Of a stretch of DNA of 64,000 bases, positions 53,321 to 63,384 are shown one piece after another (the first letter of the stretch is position 1; the number at the start of each line of letters is the position of its first letter). The position numbers and the translations under genes are program-made. The notes below the pieces were generated by a model. That model was not told the origin of the DNA and made no database searches. It was given only the letters and a program-made list of their open reading frames with translations. Source of the stretch: an uncultured Chloroflexia bacterium (lineage in GTDB: Bacteria > Chloroflexota > Limnocylindria > Limnocylindrales > CSP1-4); NCBI GenBank assembly GCA_963789725.1, contig CAWBLU010000003.1:317473-381472 (forward strand), given 5' to 3'.

Positions 53321-53842
53321 TTACCACCTCTCGGTATGGACCACGGCCTCGAGGGGCTTGCGGCCGCCGGCGCGCTTGGCCCAGGTCAGGGCTTCGGGCT
53401 TGAGGGGGTACCCAAATGAGAGCAAGAACTCGCACCACCTGTCGGCGGGATAGCCCAGCAGTTCCCGGGCGAGTCCCTGCTCGTAGACGGTGGCCGGAGC
53501 GCTGCCGATGCCCAGTTCCCACGCCGCCAGCGTCATGTTCTGGGCCGCCCGGCCAAGGTCCCACATGATCGAGTAAGGGGCGTCGTGCGTTGCCGGGTCG
53601 GGCACGACGAGCGCGATCGCGACCGCGGCACCGGCGAGATGGCCGGCGAAGGGTCCGACCGCCGCCAGGGCCGAGAGGTGGTCGCGGTCCGTGCAGACGA
53701 TGAAGTCCCAGTTCTGCTGGTTCTTCGAGCTACCGGAGCGGCGCCCGGCATCGAGGATGCGACGCAGATGAGCCGGCCCGAGGGGCCGATCCTCGAACTT
53801 GCGGATGGCGCGGGTGGTGTCGATTGCCTGCCAGGTGTCCAA
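53321..53842 (-). CDS. nitroreductase family protein
   Basis: AIRKFEDRPL...RRSGSSKNQQNW nitroreductase N-terminal pattern. TTG start at 53842 preceded by GGAGAG. Confidence 0.8.
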   Translation of the reverse strand: MDTWQAIDTTRAIRKFEDRPLGPAHLRRILDAGRRSGSSKNQQNWDFIVCTDRDHLSALAAVGPFAGHLAGAAVAIALVVPDPATHDAPYSIMWDLGRAAQNMTLAAWELGIGSAPATVYEQGLARELLGYPADRWCEFLLSFGYPLKPEALTWAKRAGGRKPLEAVVHTERW

Positions 53843-53915
53843 TTGACTCTCCGATCGAGCGTTCGACCGCGAGTGGGCGACCCGCACCGTCGGCGGGGCC
53901 GGTGCGGCGTTCAGT

Positions 53916-54986
53916 TCAGGGTGTGGTTCGCTCCGCCGGAACGTCTGTGGCGGGAAGCGCACCGAACCCGTAGACGGGGTCGGCCGGCCGCTCGACGACA
54001 CACGCCGCGGCGCGCTCGCCGGCCTCGTCTGGGTCGATTGGACCGCCGAGGGCGGCGGCGATGAAGGCTGCGGTCCGGCGGCGGCAGCCTTCATCTTCGT
54101 ACAGCCATCGATGCCCGAACTCCGGCAGCACCAGGACCTCTACAGCGGCGTCGGCGGGGGTCCGGCTGTCTTCGGCCGCCTTCGCGATGAGATGGGCGTG
54201 GGCGACGGGTACGCCGTGGTCCTGCTCGCCGTGGATTAGCAGCAGGGGACCGCGGTACCGGGCGGCGGCCACGAGGGAACTGGCGTCGTCGACGGAGTGG
54301 CGGCGCGGCGCCAGCAGCACCGCTGCCGTGAGCATGGCCAACGGAGTCGCGATTGGGCCCGGGATGTTCATCTCGGCCATCTCGAAGGTCTGGCGGGTCA
54401 TCCGGACCAGGTCCGACGGCGCGGACAGGCTGACCACCGCCTCGATCGCGGGTTCGCGTGAGGCGGCCACGATCGCTCCGGCGCCACCCATCGAATGGCC
54501 GACGACGGCGACCCGGGAGACCTCGGGCCGGGCGGCCAGCCACCCGGCGGCCGCGGCCGTGTCCTCGGCGAACTCCGGAACGCTTACGGGCAAGGTCTCC
54601 TCCGGGTTGTCGCCGTGACCCCGCACGTCGAAAACGAGGCAATGGAAGCCGGCGGCGTTCAGGTAGCGCGCGTGGGCGAACGTCCGGCCGCGGTTGGACT
54701 CCCAGCCGTGGACGACGACGACGCCCGGGCGGCCGCGGCCGGGTGTGGCGGCCGGTCCGGGCACGAACCAGCCCGCCAGGCGATGGTCGCCTGACGGAAT
54801 GTCGACCCTCTCGAATTCGAGCCCGAAGTCCGCCGGCGAGCCTTCGACAGGACTGCGATCCGGCAGCCCGACCCGTTCGCGGTAGCGGAGGGCGAACCTG
54901 TAGGCGGCGGCGAAGCCGGCCAGCGAGCCGGTGATGAGGATGAACCGCAGCCACCTGCCGCGGCCGGAGCGTTTGTTTCGTGCCAT
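53916..54986 (-). CDS. alpha/beta hydrolase (S9/BAAT-like) with N-terminal TM
   Basis: Internal ATG at 54986 (MARNKRSGRG). VVVVHGW and nucleophile elbow GHSMGG. The upstream part of the 572-aa track ORF is not protein-like. Confidence 0.85.
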   Translation of the reverse strand: MARNKRSGRGRWLRFILITGSLAGFAAAYRFALRYRERVGLPDRSPVEGSPADFGLEFERVDIPSGDHRLAGWFVPGPAATPGRGRPGVVVVHGWESNRGRTFAHARYLNAAGFHCLVFDVRGHGDNPEETLPVSVPEFAEDTAAAAGWLAARPEVSRVAVVGHSMGGAGAIVAASREPAIEAVVSLSAPSDLVRMTRQTFEMAEMNIPGPIATPLAMLTAAVLLAPRRHSVDDASSLVAAARYRGPLLLIHGEQDHGVPVAHAHLIAKAAEDSRTPADAAVEVLVLPEFGHRWLYEDEGCRRRTAAFIAAALGGPIDPDEAGERAAACVVERPADPVYGFGALPATDVPAERTTP

Positions 54987-55145
54987 GAGCGTAGGGGACG
55001 CCACCCGGCCCCACCTGTCAAGAGCGGGCGTCGCGGAAGCGTCCGAGAGCCGACCGACCGCACCGTCTGCCCGGCTCGCTCGTTCCCTCGACCCGACAAG
55101 ATGGAGCCACCGCTGCCTGCGGCGCCCGACCGGTAGACTGATGGG

Positions 55146-55889
55146 ATGCCGAGAAACCCGTTCACCGTACTTGGGCTGCCTCTCGACGCGAGCGCGGACA
55201 CCATCAAGGTGGCCTGGCGACGCCTTGCCCGCCAGCATCACCCCGACGTCTTGATCGGAGATCCGGGCCACGAGCGAAGCGCGACCCGAACGATGGCCGA
55301 GATCAACGCGGCGTACCAGGAGTTGCGCGATCCGGCCAGACGGCGTGCCCATCGCGAGGCGGCCGTGCGGGCGGCGCGCGCCAGTGCGACCGAAGGGCAT
55401 GTGGCCCCAGCTGCCGACCGTGGCCCCACGGAGCCCGGGGACGGCGCGAGACCCGGGGGGCGGCCGAGCCCCCGGCCGGTGACCGCCCGCATCGACACGA
55501 GCGCCCTGCTGAGACCCCGCAACGCCACCCTGTGGCAGCTCGATCACAGCCCCTTGCCGGGCTTGCCGCCCAGGCCGCGAACAGTCGAGGGTCGTGAGCC
55601 GCCGCGGGCATCCACCCCGACCGGACCGATGCACCGCCGCCCCGGGCCGACGATGCAGGCCGATCTTCCGTCGCTCGCCGAGGCGATGGAGACCCGCCTG
55701 GAATTCGGGAAGTTCGCAGGCCGAACGCTGGGCGAGGTGGCGGCCGTCGAGCCGTCCTACCTGGACTGGATCGTGCGGACGATCGACCGCGATCCCGAGA
55801 TCAGCCTCGCCGCTCGCGTCGTCCTCCGCTTCGTCGGCGCCGGCCCGATGCGCCGCCCGCGGCTCGACACGTTCATACCGCGCGGCTGA
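55146..55889 (+). CDS. J-domain (DnaJ-like) protein with DUF3820-like C-terminus
   Basis: NPFTVLGLPLDASADTIKVAWRRLARQHHPD...INAAYQELRD carries the HPD motif. The C-terminal FGKFAGRTLGEV...YLDWIV resembles DUF3820. Confidence 0.8.
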   Translation: MPRNPFTVLGLPLDASADTIKVAWRRLARQHHPDVLIGDPGHERSATRTMAEINAAYQELRDPARRRAHREAAVRAARASATEGHVAPAADRGPTEPGDGARPGGRPSPRPVTARIDTSALLRPRNATLWQLDHSPLPGLPPRPRTVEGREPPRASTPTGPMHRRPGPTMQADLPSLAEAMETRLEFGKFAGRTLGEVAAVEPSYLDWIVRTIDRDPEISLAARVVLRFVGAGPMRRPRLDTFIPRG

Positions 55890-56305
55890 GAGCTCGAAAC
55901 GAGGAGGCCCGCCCGGCGAACCGGACGAGCCTCTCTGTCCCCACGTGGGAAATTAGACCCGGCCGCCGACCGAAGCCTCCATGCTGGCCGATGATCCAGT
56001 TCTTCGGGTCGTAGCCGGGATCCGACGGCCCCCTCATACGAACGCCCATTCGTCTGAAGAGCGGAGGTCGCTCGAGACCCGGCCCGTGTCCGACGCCCCT
56101 GGAGGTTCCGCGTAGCGGCGTCGGCGGCCAGATACCAAGCTACCCGGCTGCGACCGGATGGCAATGACCCTTCGGAGAAGAAGAGTCAACCCCTAAGTCC
56201 GGCGCGCCCGCGCACCGGAAGGGATCTCCGGCGAATGCGAGCGCCGTACGCCACCACCCGGTCCGGCGCCGCACTCGGGCCGCCTGGCCGCGCTACCATC
56301 GGCGC

Positions 56306-56794
56306 ATGTACGAAGACGGTCTCTCATTCCTGGACGAAGAACGCGACGCCTTCCGGCCATTCGAGGCGCTCCTCGAACTGTCCGATGAACAGCTCGAACG
56401 GCCGATCGAGGGAGCTCGCGGCTGGACCGGCCGGGACCTGATGGCCCACCTGGCCGGCTGGATCGACTGGTGGCTCGAAATCGCCCGTGAACTGGCGGTA
56501 AACCCGCACAGCCCCGCCTTCGATCGGATCGCCGCGATCGGCAAGGCGTGGGACTCGGAGGGCGACGCCCAGAATGCCCGCTTCCAGGCTGAATGGGCGG
56601 CTTTGCCGCTGGCCGAAGTCCGCCGCCGCTTCTCGACCTTGCCGGGAGAACTGCGTGGCTATCTGACGGTTGTGCCGGAGAGTCGCTGGCTGAAGAACCC
56701 CGACCATCTGAGGTCGCTCCTCGGCAATACGACCGAGCACTACGAGGAGCATGAAGCCGATCTGCGAGCTGTGCTTGCCGCCGCCGGCCGCTGA
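56306..56794 (+). CDS. DinB-like four-helix-bundle protein
   Basis: GWTGRDLMAHLAGW and a C-terminal His-containing helix (TTEHYEEHEADL), typical of the DinB/mycothiol-transferase-like superfamily. Confidence 0.55.
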   Translation: MYEDGLSFLDEERDAFRPFEALLELSDEQLERPIEGARGWTGRDLMAHLAGWIDWWLEIARELAVNPHSPAFDRIAAIGKAWDSEGDAQNARFQAEWAALPLAEVRRRFSTLPGELRGYLTVVPESRWLKNPDHLRSLLGNTTEHYEEHEADLRAVLAAAGR

Positions 56795-56806
56795 ACCGGC
56801 CCAGCC

Positions 56807-57409
56807 TTGGGCCGGCCCGGCCAAACTCGGGCCGGTGACCAACTTGTGACCGCGGCCGACCCTGCCCGTCTCATCACCGAGCGCCTGATCATGAGGCGCT
56901 GGCGGGTGGCCGACCGCGAACCGTTCGCTCGCCTCAACGCCGATCCGGAGGTGATGCGCCATTTCGTGCGGCCGCTGACCCGTGAGGAGAGCGACGCGCT
57001 CGCCGATCGCATCGAAGTCCGGTTCGACGAACGCGGCTACGGCCTCTGGGTGGTGGAGCGCAAGAGCGACGGCCTCTTTCTCGGCTTCACCGGGCTGGCC
57101 TACCAGACGTTCGACGCTCCGTTCACGCCCTGCGTCGAGGTCGGCTGGCGGTTCGACAGGTTCGCCTGGGGCCACGGCTATGCGGGCGAGGCGGCCCGGG
57201 AGGCGCTCAGGTTCGGCTTCGAGGTTGTCCGGCTGGACGAGATCGTCTCGTTTACGGCTCTCCAGAACGCACCCTCGGTCCGGGTCATGGAGCGCATCGG
57301 CATGCATCGCGATCCGGGCGACGACTTCGACTATCCCAACATGCCGGCAGGCCATCCGCTGCGGCGCCACCTCCTGTACCGGCTCAAGCGCGAGGAGTAC
57401 GCCCGATGA
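56807..57409 (+). CDS. GNAT family N-acetyltransferase (RimJ/RimL-like)
   Basis: ITERLIMRRW...FARLNADPEVMR...WGHGYAGEAAREAL. The start may be the GTG at 56846. Confidence 0.85.
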   Translation: MGRPGQTRAGDQLVTAADPARLITERLIMRRWRVADREPFARLNADPEVMRHFVRPLTREESDALADRIEVRFDERGYGLWVVERKSDGLFLGFTGLAYQTFDAPFTPCVEVGWRFDRFAWGHGYAGEAAREALRFGFEVVRLDEIVSFTALQNAPSVRVMERIGMHRDPGDDFDYPNMPAGHPLRRHLLYRLKREEYAR

Positions 57410-57762
57410 CCGACGAGGAGCGCCCCAACGGCGGCGCCTGGACCGAAAGCCCGGCCGAAGCGGTCGAAACGCTGGCGGGCAAGCTGGACGGAGTAAGGAG
57501 ACGCGAGCTCGGTGCCACTGTCGAGTACGACCGAGCCGGCGTCGTGTTCGCGACGCTCGAGAACGACCGGCTCGGCTTCCGATTGCGGGCCGATATCGCC
57601 CAGGTCGCTTTGAGCACGCCGGACACATCGCCTTCGAAACGCGGCCCGGAATGGGTTGCGCTGGCCGCGGCCGCGAAAGACTCCTTCACCGTGGATCGCG
57701 CCGCGGCCTGGTTCGAAAGCGCCTGGCGGCTCGCCGGCGAGCGGCCGGGCTCGCTCAACTGA
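57406..57762 (+). CDS. hypothetical protein
   Basis: ATGA overlap with the GNAT stop. 118 aa with protein-like composition. Confidence 0.55.
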   Translation: MTDEERPNGGAWTESPAEAVETLAGKLDGVRRRELGATVEYDRAGVVFATLENDRLGFRLRADIAQVALSTPDTSPSKRGPEWVALAAAAKDSFTVDRAAAWFESAWRLAGERPGSLN

Positions 57763-57836
57763 TTCGCTCACCTCCGGCAGGGAGCGGCGAGGCATAGCAC
57801 GACCCCGGCCTGAGGGGGTAGGCCGGGGTCGCTGGG

Positions 57837-57868
57837 ACGGGACCGAGGGGGAGGTCCCGTTTGGTATT
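57837..57868 (+). terminator. terminator hairpin between convergent genes (second hairpin at 57801-57830)
   Basis: ACGGGACC-gagggggag-GGTCCCGT followed by TTGGTATT. Upstream is an 11-bp-stem hairpin, GACCCCGGCCT...AGGCCGGGGTC. Confidence 0.5.
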
Positions 57869-57892
57869 CGGGATATTGCCTGGAGTTGCGGC

Positions 57893-58237
57893 TTAACTCG
57901 AGGCAGCCTTAGCGTACTGCGAAAGACCGAATCGCGCCTCGAACTGCTCGGCCGGCATGGCTCCCACGACCGCCATGGGCTGCTGCCCCGGGCGGAAGAA
58001 AGCGATGGTCGGCAGGGTCATGATCTGGAGGGCCTGAGAGACGCCCGGATTGGCATCCACGTCCATCTTCACGACGTCGATCGAGTCGGCGTACTTCTGG
58101 GCGATCTTCTCCAACTCCGGAGCGACCATGCGGCACGGACCGCACCATGCCGCCCAGAAATCCACGATGATCGGCCGCTCGGCGTTGAGTACGACCTCCT
58201 CGAAGGTCTCGTCGGTTACTGCTTTGACTTCGGCCAC
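57893..58237 (-). CDS. trxA: thioredoxin
   Basis: WAAWCGPCR active site. GTG start at 58237 (VAEVKAVTDETF). Confidence 0.9.
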   Translation of the reverse strand: MAEVKAVTDETFEEVVLNAERPIIVDFWAAWCGPCRMVAPELEKIAQKYADSIDVVKMDVDANPGVSQALQIMTLPTIAFFRPGQQPMAVVGAMPAEQFEARFGLSQYAKAASS

Positions 58238-58284
58238 CTGATGATGGTCCTTTCTACCTGACGGTCTATTGGCTGGGCGTTGGC

Positions 58285-58578
58285 TCAGCCGGCTATGGAC
58301 TGGAGCAACCGGCACGCTTCGAGGATCCGTGGATCTGCGAGGCGATAGTAGATCGCGTTGCCGTCGCGTCGAGTCAGGACGAGTCCTGAGTTGCGAAGGA
58401 CGGCGAGGTGCTGGCTCATGTTCGGGACGTGGCAGCCGACCTCTTCGGACAGCTCACGCACCGATAGCTCTCCGTCGGCGAGCGACTGGAGGACGCACAG
58501 GCGCTTCGGGTCGGCGAGGGCTCTGGCCACCGCCGCGCTTCGTTGCCTGACGCCATCGAGATCGCTTACGTCGACCAT
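58285..58578 (-). CDS. ArsR/SmtB family transcriptional regulator
   Basis: LADPKRLCVLQSLADGELSVRELSEEVGCHVPNMSQHLAVLRNSGLV. Internal ATG at 58578. Confidence 0.85.
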   Translation of the reverse strand: MVDVSDLDGVRQRSAAVARALADPKRLCVLQSLADGELSVRELSEEVGCHVPNMSQHLAVLRNSGLVLTRRDGNAIYYRLADPRILEACRLLQSIAG

Positions 58579-58715
58579 GCCACGAATATACAACAGCTTG
58601 CGCAAAGACGCAAGCAGTTTGGCGGTCCCGACAGCAGCGCCGGAGGAGACGGTGATGGCGTTCGAGGGCGCTCGCCTGGCCGTCCGGCGCCCATGCATAC
58701 GATGGATAGGCTGCC

Positions 58716-59270
58716 TCAGGGTGCCCGGCGAAGGCGCCAGGCCATCGAGGCCGCGACGGCGATCAGCGCCGCTGCGGCCATCAGGCCCATCGCGGTCAAC
58801 TCGAGGCCTGTGATCGGGATCGACGCGAGGTCCAGCTCCGGAATCAGGGCGAGCATGGTCGAGACGCCGGCGAGAGCGGCGATCGCCGCGGCACGACGGA
58901 TGTGGATCTCACTCCGGTCCCTGCCGGCAACCCTGAAGTCGAGCGACCAGTAAGCCATCTCGGCCACGGCCAGCAGGGACCCGCCGGCGACTGCCGTGAG
59001 CCTGTGCCAGGCGCTGGAATCCGGGATGCCCACGAGCCACGCGGCTCCGAGCAGGGCGATGCCCGGGAGGAGCGGACGGGCATCGGAGAGGAGCAATGCG
59101 ATGGCCAGGAGGGCCAGCGCCGCCAGAGACAGAGCCCCGGGCACGAAGACGGCCGAACGGCCGGCCACCGATGCCGCCGACGTGGCGTCCGTGGCCGCGA
59201 CCGTGGCCACCGCCCCGATGGCGGCGGCACCCAGCAGCGCGAGGGCGGCGGTGGTCAGGCGTGGAGCCAT
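58716..59270 (-). CDS. hypothetical integral membrane protein (last gene of MoxR operon)
   Basis: Internal ATG at 59270 (MAPRLTTAALALLG), about 5 TM helices. Overlaps the DUF58 stop by 16 nt. Confidence 0.6.
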   Translation of the reverse strand: MAPRLTTAALALLGAAAIGAVATVAATDATSAASVAGRSAVFVPGALSLAALALLAIALLLSDARPLLPGIALLGAAWLVGIPDSSAWHRLTAVAGGSLLAVAEMAYWSLDFRVAGRDRSEIHIRRAAAIAALAGVSTMLALIPELDLASIPITGLELTAMGLMAAAALIAVAASMAWRLRRAP

Positions 59271-60529
59271 CTGTTCCACCTCGCATACTGCTGGCCCTCG
59301 GCCAGCGCGCCGCCGAGCGGCTTGCCGGGTTGCCACTGGACGATCGGCACGCCCAGGCGGCGGTAGCGCAACCGGGTCGCGGCGCGGTCGAGGTGCCAGA
59401 CCCGGTGCGCCAGCTGGGCGGCCTCGTGAGTCCCGGGAACGGCGAATGGTTCGGCCATGACTTCCACCACGGCCAGGTCGAAACCGCGTGCCCGCAGATC
59501 CAGCAGTGCGTCGACGGCGCGTTCGTCGATCAGCGTCGTCAGCGCGACGACCAGCGACTTGGGCGGAAGCGTGCGCGGCGGGATGACCTCGATGCCGCGC
59601 CAGAAATGGCTGAGCACCACCTCCGAGTCGATCAGCGCATCGACGATCCGGTAGATCTGGGTCGAGCCCATGGCCGGCATGAGCCATCTCAAAACGCCCC
59701 CGAAGCCGATCACGCCCACCCTGTCGCGTCGGGCCAGGTAATGCCCGGCCAGCGAAGCCGCGGCCCGAACGGCGTAGTCGAGCGTGCCCTCGCCGCCCGA
59801 TCGAACGTCGCTGAACAGATCCAGGAAGATCACGACGTCGGTGTTGCGCTCCGGGTGCATCTGATTGACGTGGAGCCGGCCGGTGCGCGTGCTCATGCGC
59901 CAGTTGATGTGCCGGGGCCGGTCGCCGGCGACGTACGGCCGGATGTCCGCGTGCTCGATGCCGTCGCCTCTGGCCGGGGACAGTTCGTTGCCGCTGAAGA
60001 TCTGGGTCTCGGCCGCAATGATCGCTCGCCGGAGCGTCTCGGGTCGTGGGTAGATGCGAAGAATGCGGTCCTCGCCGGCGGTCCCGTCCAGCCGGAAGAA
60101 CCCCAGCCCGTCGTGGGCCCGCAGGAGCGGCCTTGGCAGCGGCGCGACGCCCCATCGCTTCGCCGTGAACGCGGTTTCGACTATCTCCGGCCGGTTCGCG
60201 ACCAGCCTGACGCCGAGCAGGTCGCCGCCGGCGCGGGCATCCATGGTCGGCGGCACGGGCCAGGCGATCTGGACCCAGGGGACGTCCGTGCTCGATCGGA
60301 TAGTCACCGTGAGGTGCAGGTCGTCGCCCTCCAGGAGCCGGTCGCGGTCGATCGCCACCGACGTCTCCACGCTGGGGCGCTCGACGAGCGCCAGCCCGGT
60401 CAGCACGGCCACCACAAACGGCAGGCTCAGCGCGGCAGCTTCGGCGCGACCCAGCACGAGCGCGATGAGCAGCCCGGCCGCCCCGAGGGCGGAATAGGCC
60501 GCCAGCTTGGGGGAAGCGGTGAGGGTCAA
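59255..60529 (-). CDS. DUF58 domain protein (MoxR-associated, vWA-like)
   Basis: GIEHADIRPYVAGDRPRHINWRMSTRTGRLHV is the DUF58 signature. TTG at 60529 overlaps the MoxR stop (TTGA). Confidence 0.85.
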   Translation of the reverse strand: MTLTASPKLAAYSALGAAGLLIALVLGRAEAAALSLPFVVAVLTGLALVERPSVETSVAIDRDRLLEGDDLHLTVTIRSSTDVPWVQIAWPVPPTMDARAGGDLLGVRLVANRPEIVETAFTAKRWGVAPLPRPLLRAHDGLGFFRLDGTAGEDRILRIYPRPETLRRAIIAAETQIFSGNELSPARGDGIEHADIRPYVAGDRPRHINWRMSTRTGRLHVNQMHPERNTDVVIFLDLFSDVRSGGEGTLDYAVRAAASLAGHYLARRDRVGVIGFGGVLRWLMPAMGSTQIYRIVDALIDSEVVLSHFWRGIEVIPPRTLPPKSLVVALTTLIDERAVDALLDLRARGFDLAVVEVMAEPFAVPGTHEAAQLAHRVWHLDRAATRLRYRRLGVPIVQWQPGKPLGGALAEGQQYARWNRWLHA

Positions 60530-61518
60530 GGCCGCTGCGGCGCCGTCTCGTCGGCGCTCGGCGCCGGCACCGTGTCGAGCAGGCGCCGGACGAGGTCCTC
60601 GGTTCGGATGCGCTGAACCCAGACCTCCGGCTTGAGCATGATCCGGTGTGCCAGCGCGGGCACCGCGACCGACTTGACATCCTCCGGGATGACGAAGTCG
60701 CGGCCGGCCAGCACGGCCCGCGACCGGGCCAGTTTGAGGAGCGCCAGCGAGCCGCGCGGACTCGCCCCAACCTGGACCAGGGGACTGGAACGGGTGGCCC
60801 CGACCAGGTCCACGATGTAGGCCGAAATACTCGGCGACACGTAGACGGCCTCGGTGACGCCCTGCATCCACAGCAGCCGCGCCGGGTTCAGAACCTCTCT
60901 CAACTCGAGGTCGTCGGCGCGGCGAGCGGCACGGCGTTCAAGCATCTCGATCTCGTGGCCGCGCTCCGGATGGCCGACCGAGATCCTCACCAGGAACCGG
61001 TCGAGCTGGGCCTCGGGCAGGGGATACGTTCCCTCGGCCTCGATTGGGTTCTGCGTGGCGATCACGAGGAACGGCCGTTCGAGCCTGCGGGTCGTGCCCT
61101 CGACCGTGACCTGGTGCTCCTGCATGGCTTCCAGCAGCGCGGCCTGAGTCTTGGCCGGGGCCCTGTTGATCTCGTCGCCGAGGAGGAGGTTGGCGAAGAC
61201 AGGCCCGGGCCTGAAGGTGAACTCGCCGCTGCGCTGGTCGTAGATGGCCGCGCCGGTGACGTCGGACGGCATCAGGTCCGGGGTGAACTGAATCCGGGCG
61301 AAGCGCAGGCTGATGACCTCGGCGAATGAGCGAGCCATCAGCGTCTTGGCCAGACCGGGGAGATCCTCGATCAGGACATGGCCGTCGGAGAGGAGAGCCA
61401 GCAGCACGAGCTCGAGGACGGGTCTCTTGCCGACGACCACCCTCTCGATCTCGTCGAGGACCTTCGTCGCCAGAGCGGCGGCGCGCTGCGAGTCGTTGAC
61501 GCCGTTTTCGTCGTTCAC
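60526..61518 (-). CDS. MoxR-family AAA+ ATPase
   Basis: HVLIEDLPGLAKT (Walker A variant), LLGDEINRAPAKTQAALLEAM (Walker B/sensor), ATQNPIEAEGTYPLPEAQLDRF. GTG at 61518 preceded by GGAGG. Confidence 0.95.
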   Translation of the reverse strand: MNDENGVNDSQRAAALATKVLDEIERVVVGKRPVLELVLLALLSDGHVLIEDLPGLAKTLMARSFAEVISLRFARIQFTPDLMPSDVTGAAIYDQRSGEFTFRPGPVFANLLLGDEINRAPAKTQAALLEAMQEHQVTVEGTTRRLERPFLVIATQNPIEAEGTYPLPEAQLDRFLVRISVGHPERGHEIEMLERRAARRADDLELREVLNPARLLWMQGVTEAVYVSPSISAYIVDLVGATRSSPLVQVGASPRGSLALLKLARSRAVLAGRDFVIPEDVKSVAVPALAHRIMLKPEVWVQRIRTEDLVRRLLDTVPAPSADETAPQRP

Positions 61519-62339
61519 AGTGCCTCCAGCTGGTCGATGACGCGTCTGATGGTCGCGCGCGGGATGCCGTGACGGCCGTGCCGGGCTTGGAGCCATTCGG
61601 AGCGTGGCGGGGTGGGGGCCTCCGATAGGGGTCGAGCCGGCGCCGCGAGATCGGCTTCGGCCGCCTCGCCGAGGTGTGCCGGCTCCACGACTCCGGCCCC
61701 TGCGTCGGCACGAGGCCCGATATAGGACCACAGTTCGTCGCCCACGATCTTGCGGGCGGCGTCCGGCTCGGTCGCGAGGTCGACCTGGTGATGCTCGAGC
61801 AGCCGGGCTGCCGCGATCTTGCGGAGAAGGGGGCGCAGGCGATACTCGACGCCGCCGCGGCTCCACTCGGCGTCGAGGAGGACCCCTTCGATGGCGATGA
61901 CGTCATGGAGCTTCGATGGCGGCTCCGTCCGGCGAACCCGGACCGTGTCGAAAGGCGAGGCCGAGACCGAGGCGGCCGGGAGAGCCCCAGCGAGGGCGCG
62001 CCAGAAAGTCAGGACGACGAGCCCGCCGATTGTCAGCAGCCACCCGTTGACGGCGACGGTTCTCGATCCCTCGACAGTGGCCAGGGCGACGGCAAGGGCA
62101 ACAGTGGCCAGGATCGCCAGCGCGGCCGGCGGGCCGCCGATCCGAGCCGCGGCGGCAAGCGCTCGTCGCCGCGGGCCCGCGGGGGCGTGCCGGACGGGCT
62201 CGTGCGGAAGCCGCGGCTGGTGAGGGGCAATGAAGCGCGTCTCGGGCCGGGGAGCGCCGTTTGCAGGCGGGATCGGTCGAGCGTAGCGGCTGCGCGTGCC
62301 GCCCTCGAGGTCCCGGCCGTCCAGCCCGGGCTCGGTCAC
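61515..62339 (-). CDS. hypothetical membrane protein of the MoxR operon
   Basis: GTG at 62339 overlaps the upstream stop (GTGA) and its own stop overlaps the MoxR start (GTGA). Two TM segments. Confidence 0.55.
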   Translation of the reverse strand: MTEPGLDGRDLEGGTRSRYARPIPPANGAPRPETRFIAPHQPRLPHEPVRHAPAGPRRRALAAAARIGGPPAALAILATVALAVALATVEGSRTVAVNGWLLTIGGLVVLTFWRALAGALPAASVSASPFDTVRVRRTEPPSKLHDVIAIEGVLLDAEWSRGGVEYRLRPLLRKIAAARLLEHHQVDLATEPDAARKIVGDELWSYIGPRADAGAGVVEPAHLGEAAEADLAAPARPLSEAPTPPRSEWLQARHGRHGIPRATIRRVIDQLEAL

Positions 62340-63316
62340 ACGGGCTCCAGGAGGTCCGCTCGCAGCCGCCGCACCGCATCGACCGCGGCGTCCCGCATCG
62401 AGCCGGTTACGGCGTGCTCGCTGAAGCGGGCGTACTCGTACAGCCCGACCAGCTCGTCCAGGTCGCCCGCCCGGCTTGGGGCAACGCCGAGCACGTGGGC
62501 CAGGTATTCGGTCGGGGCCTCGTGGGGGTGCCTGGCCCAGCCCTTGCTGGCCATGGCTCGCTCCATGGCGACGTACGCGCCGATGACGGCCTTGCGCGGG
62601 TCCCGCTCGGCCAGGAGGGCTCCAAGGCCCTCGTCCAGGATCTCCGTGGCGGCGCCCTTCGACTCCTCCGTGAGTGGCAGCGGCGGCGGAGTTCGTGTGA
62701 ACAGCACCGCCCCGACGAGACCGGCCGCGAGGGCAACGACGACGCAGGCGAAGACCAGGGTTGGATCGGTTCCCTGTGCCCCCAGGGAACCCGGCGGAAT
62801 GGCCGGTCCGGTTCCCGGCAGCGGGGTTGGTTCGGCGTCGGCGGTCAACCTTCTGTTGTAGGCAAGCAGGAAGGCGATGACCATGAGGGGGACGAGAGTG
62901 AGGATGGCCCGGACCACCGCCGGCATGCGCCGCGATCGCTGCCCGACAGCCGAGGCCTTGCCGGGATCCATCACCCACACGGGGAAGAGATTCGTTCCGA
63001 GGATGAGGCCGAGAGCGCCGGCCAGGACCAGCAGGACGAGGACCGCGACCTCCCCGAGCTGAGGCGTGGTGAGTGAGAACTCGACCGAATGGGGGCGGCT
63101 CGCGGCTCCTACCGCGATCGCCGCGACGATGACCAGGACCGCGACGGACGCCAGCCGCAGGAGGCGAGAAGCGGCGATCCGGCTGCGCCTCGATGCCTCC
63201 TCGGGTCGACCGTCTCGGGTGAGCATTCTGAGAACCTCCGCGTGGGCAGGGTCGAAACCCGTCACGACCCCGAGCTCGGGCGCCCGGGACCCGGCTGGCA
63301 GGGGCCCGGCCAGCAT
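62336..63316 (-). CDS. DUF4129-like membrane protein
   Basis: Several TM helices, then a C-terminal EYLAHVL...LVGLYEYARFS pattern characteristic of DUF4129. Confidence 0.7.
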   Translation of the reverse strand: MLAGPLPAGSRAPELGVVTGFDPAHAEVLRMLTRDGRPEEASRRSRIAASRLLRLASVAVLVIVAAIAVGAASRPHSVEFSLTTPQLGEVAVLVLLVLAGALGLILGTNLFPVWVMDPGKASAVGQRSRRMPAVVRAILTLVPLMVIAFLLAYNRRLTADAEPTPLPGTGPAIPPGSLGAQGTDPTLVFACVVVALAAGLVGAVLFTRTPPPLPLTEESKGAATEILDEGLGALLAERDPRKAVIGAYVAMERAMASKGWARHPHEAPTEYLAHVLGVAPSRAGDLDELVGLYEYARFSEHAVTGSMRDAAVDAVRRLRADLLEPV

Positions 63317-63384
63317 AGCAATCCTGACGCTGGCTCAAGCCGCGGTGTTCAGCTGACGGTTCCCAGTACACAACCGGAGAAGGC

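Noticed and set aside
55925-56050. Possible ~54-aa minus-strand ORF (MRGPSDPGYDPKNWIIGQHGGFG...) in the 400-bp gap after the J-domain gene
   Set aside because: It is too short, overlaps the 3' end of the J-domain gene, and has no RBS or recognisable family. It could be a gene remnant but is unsupported.
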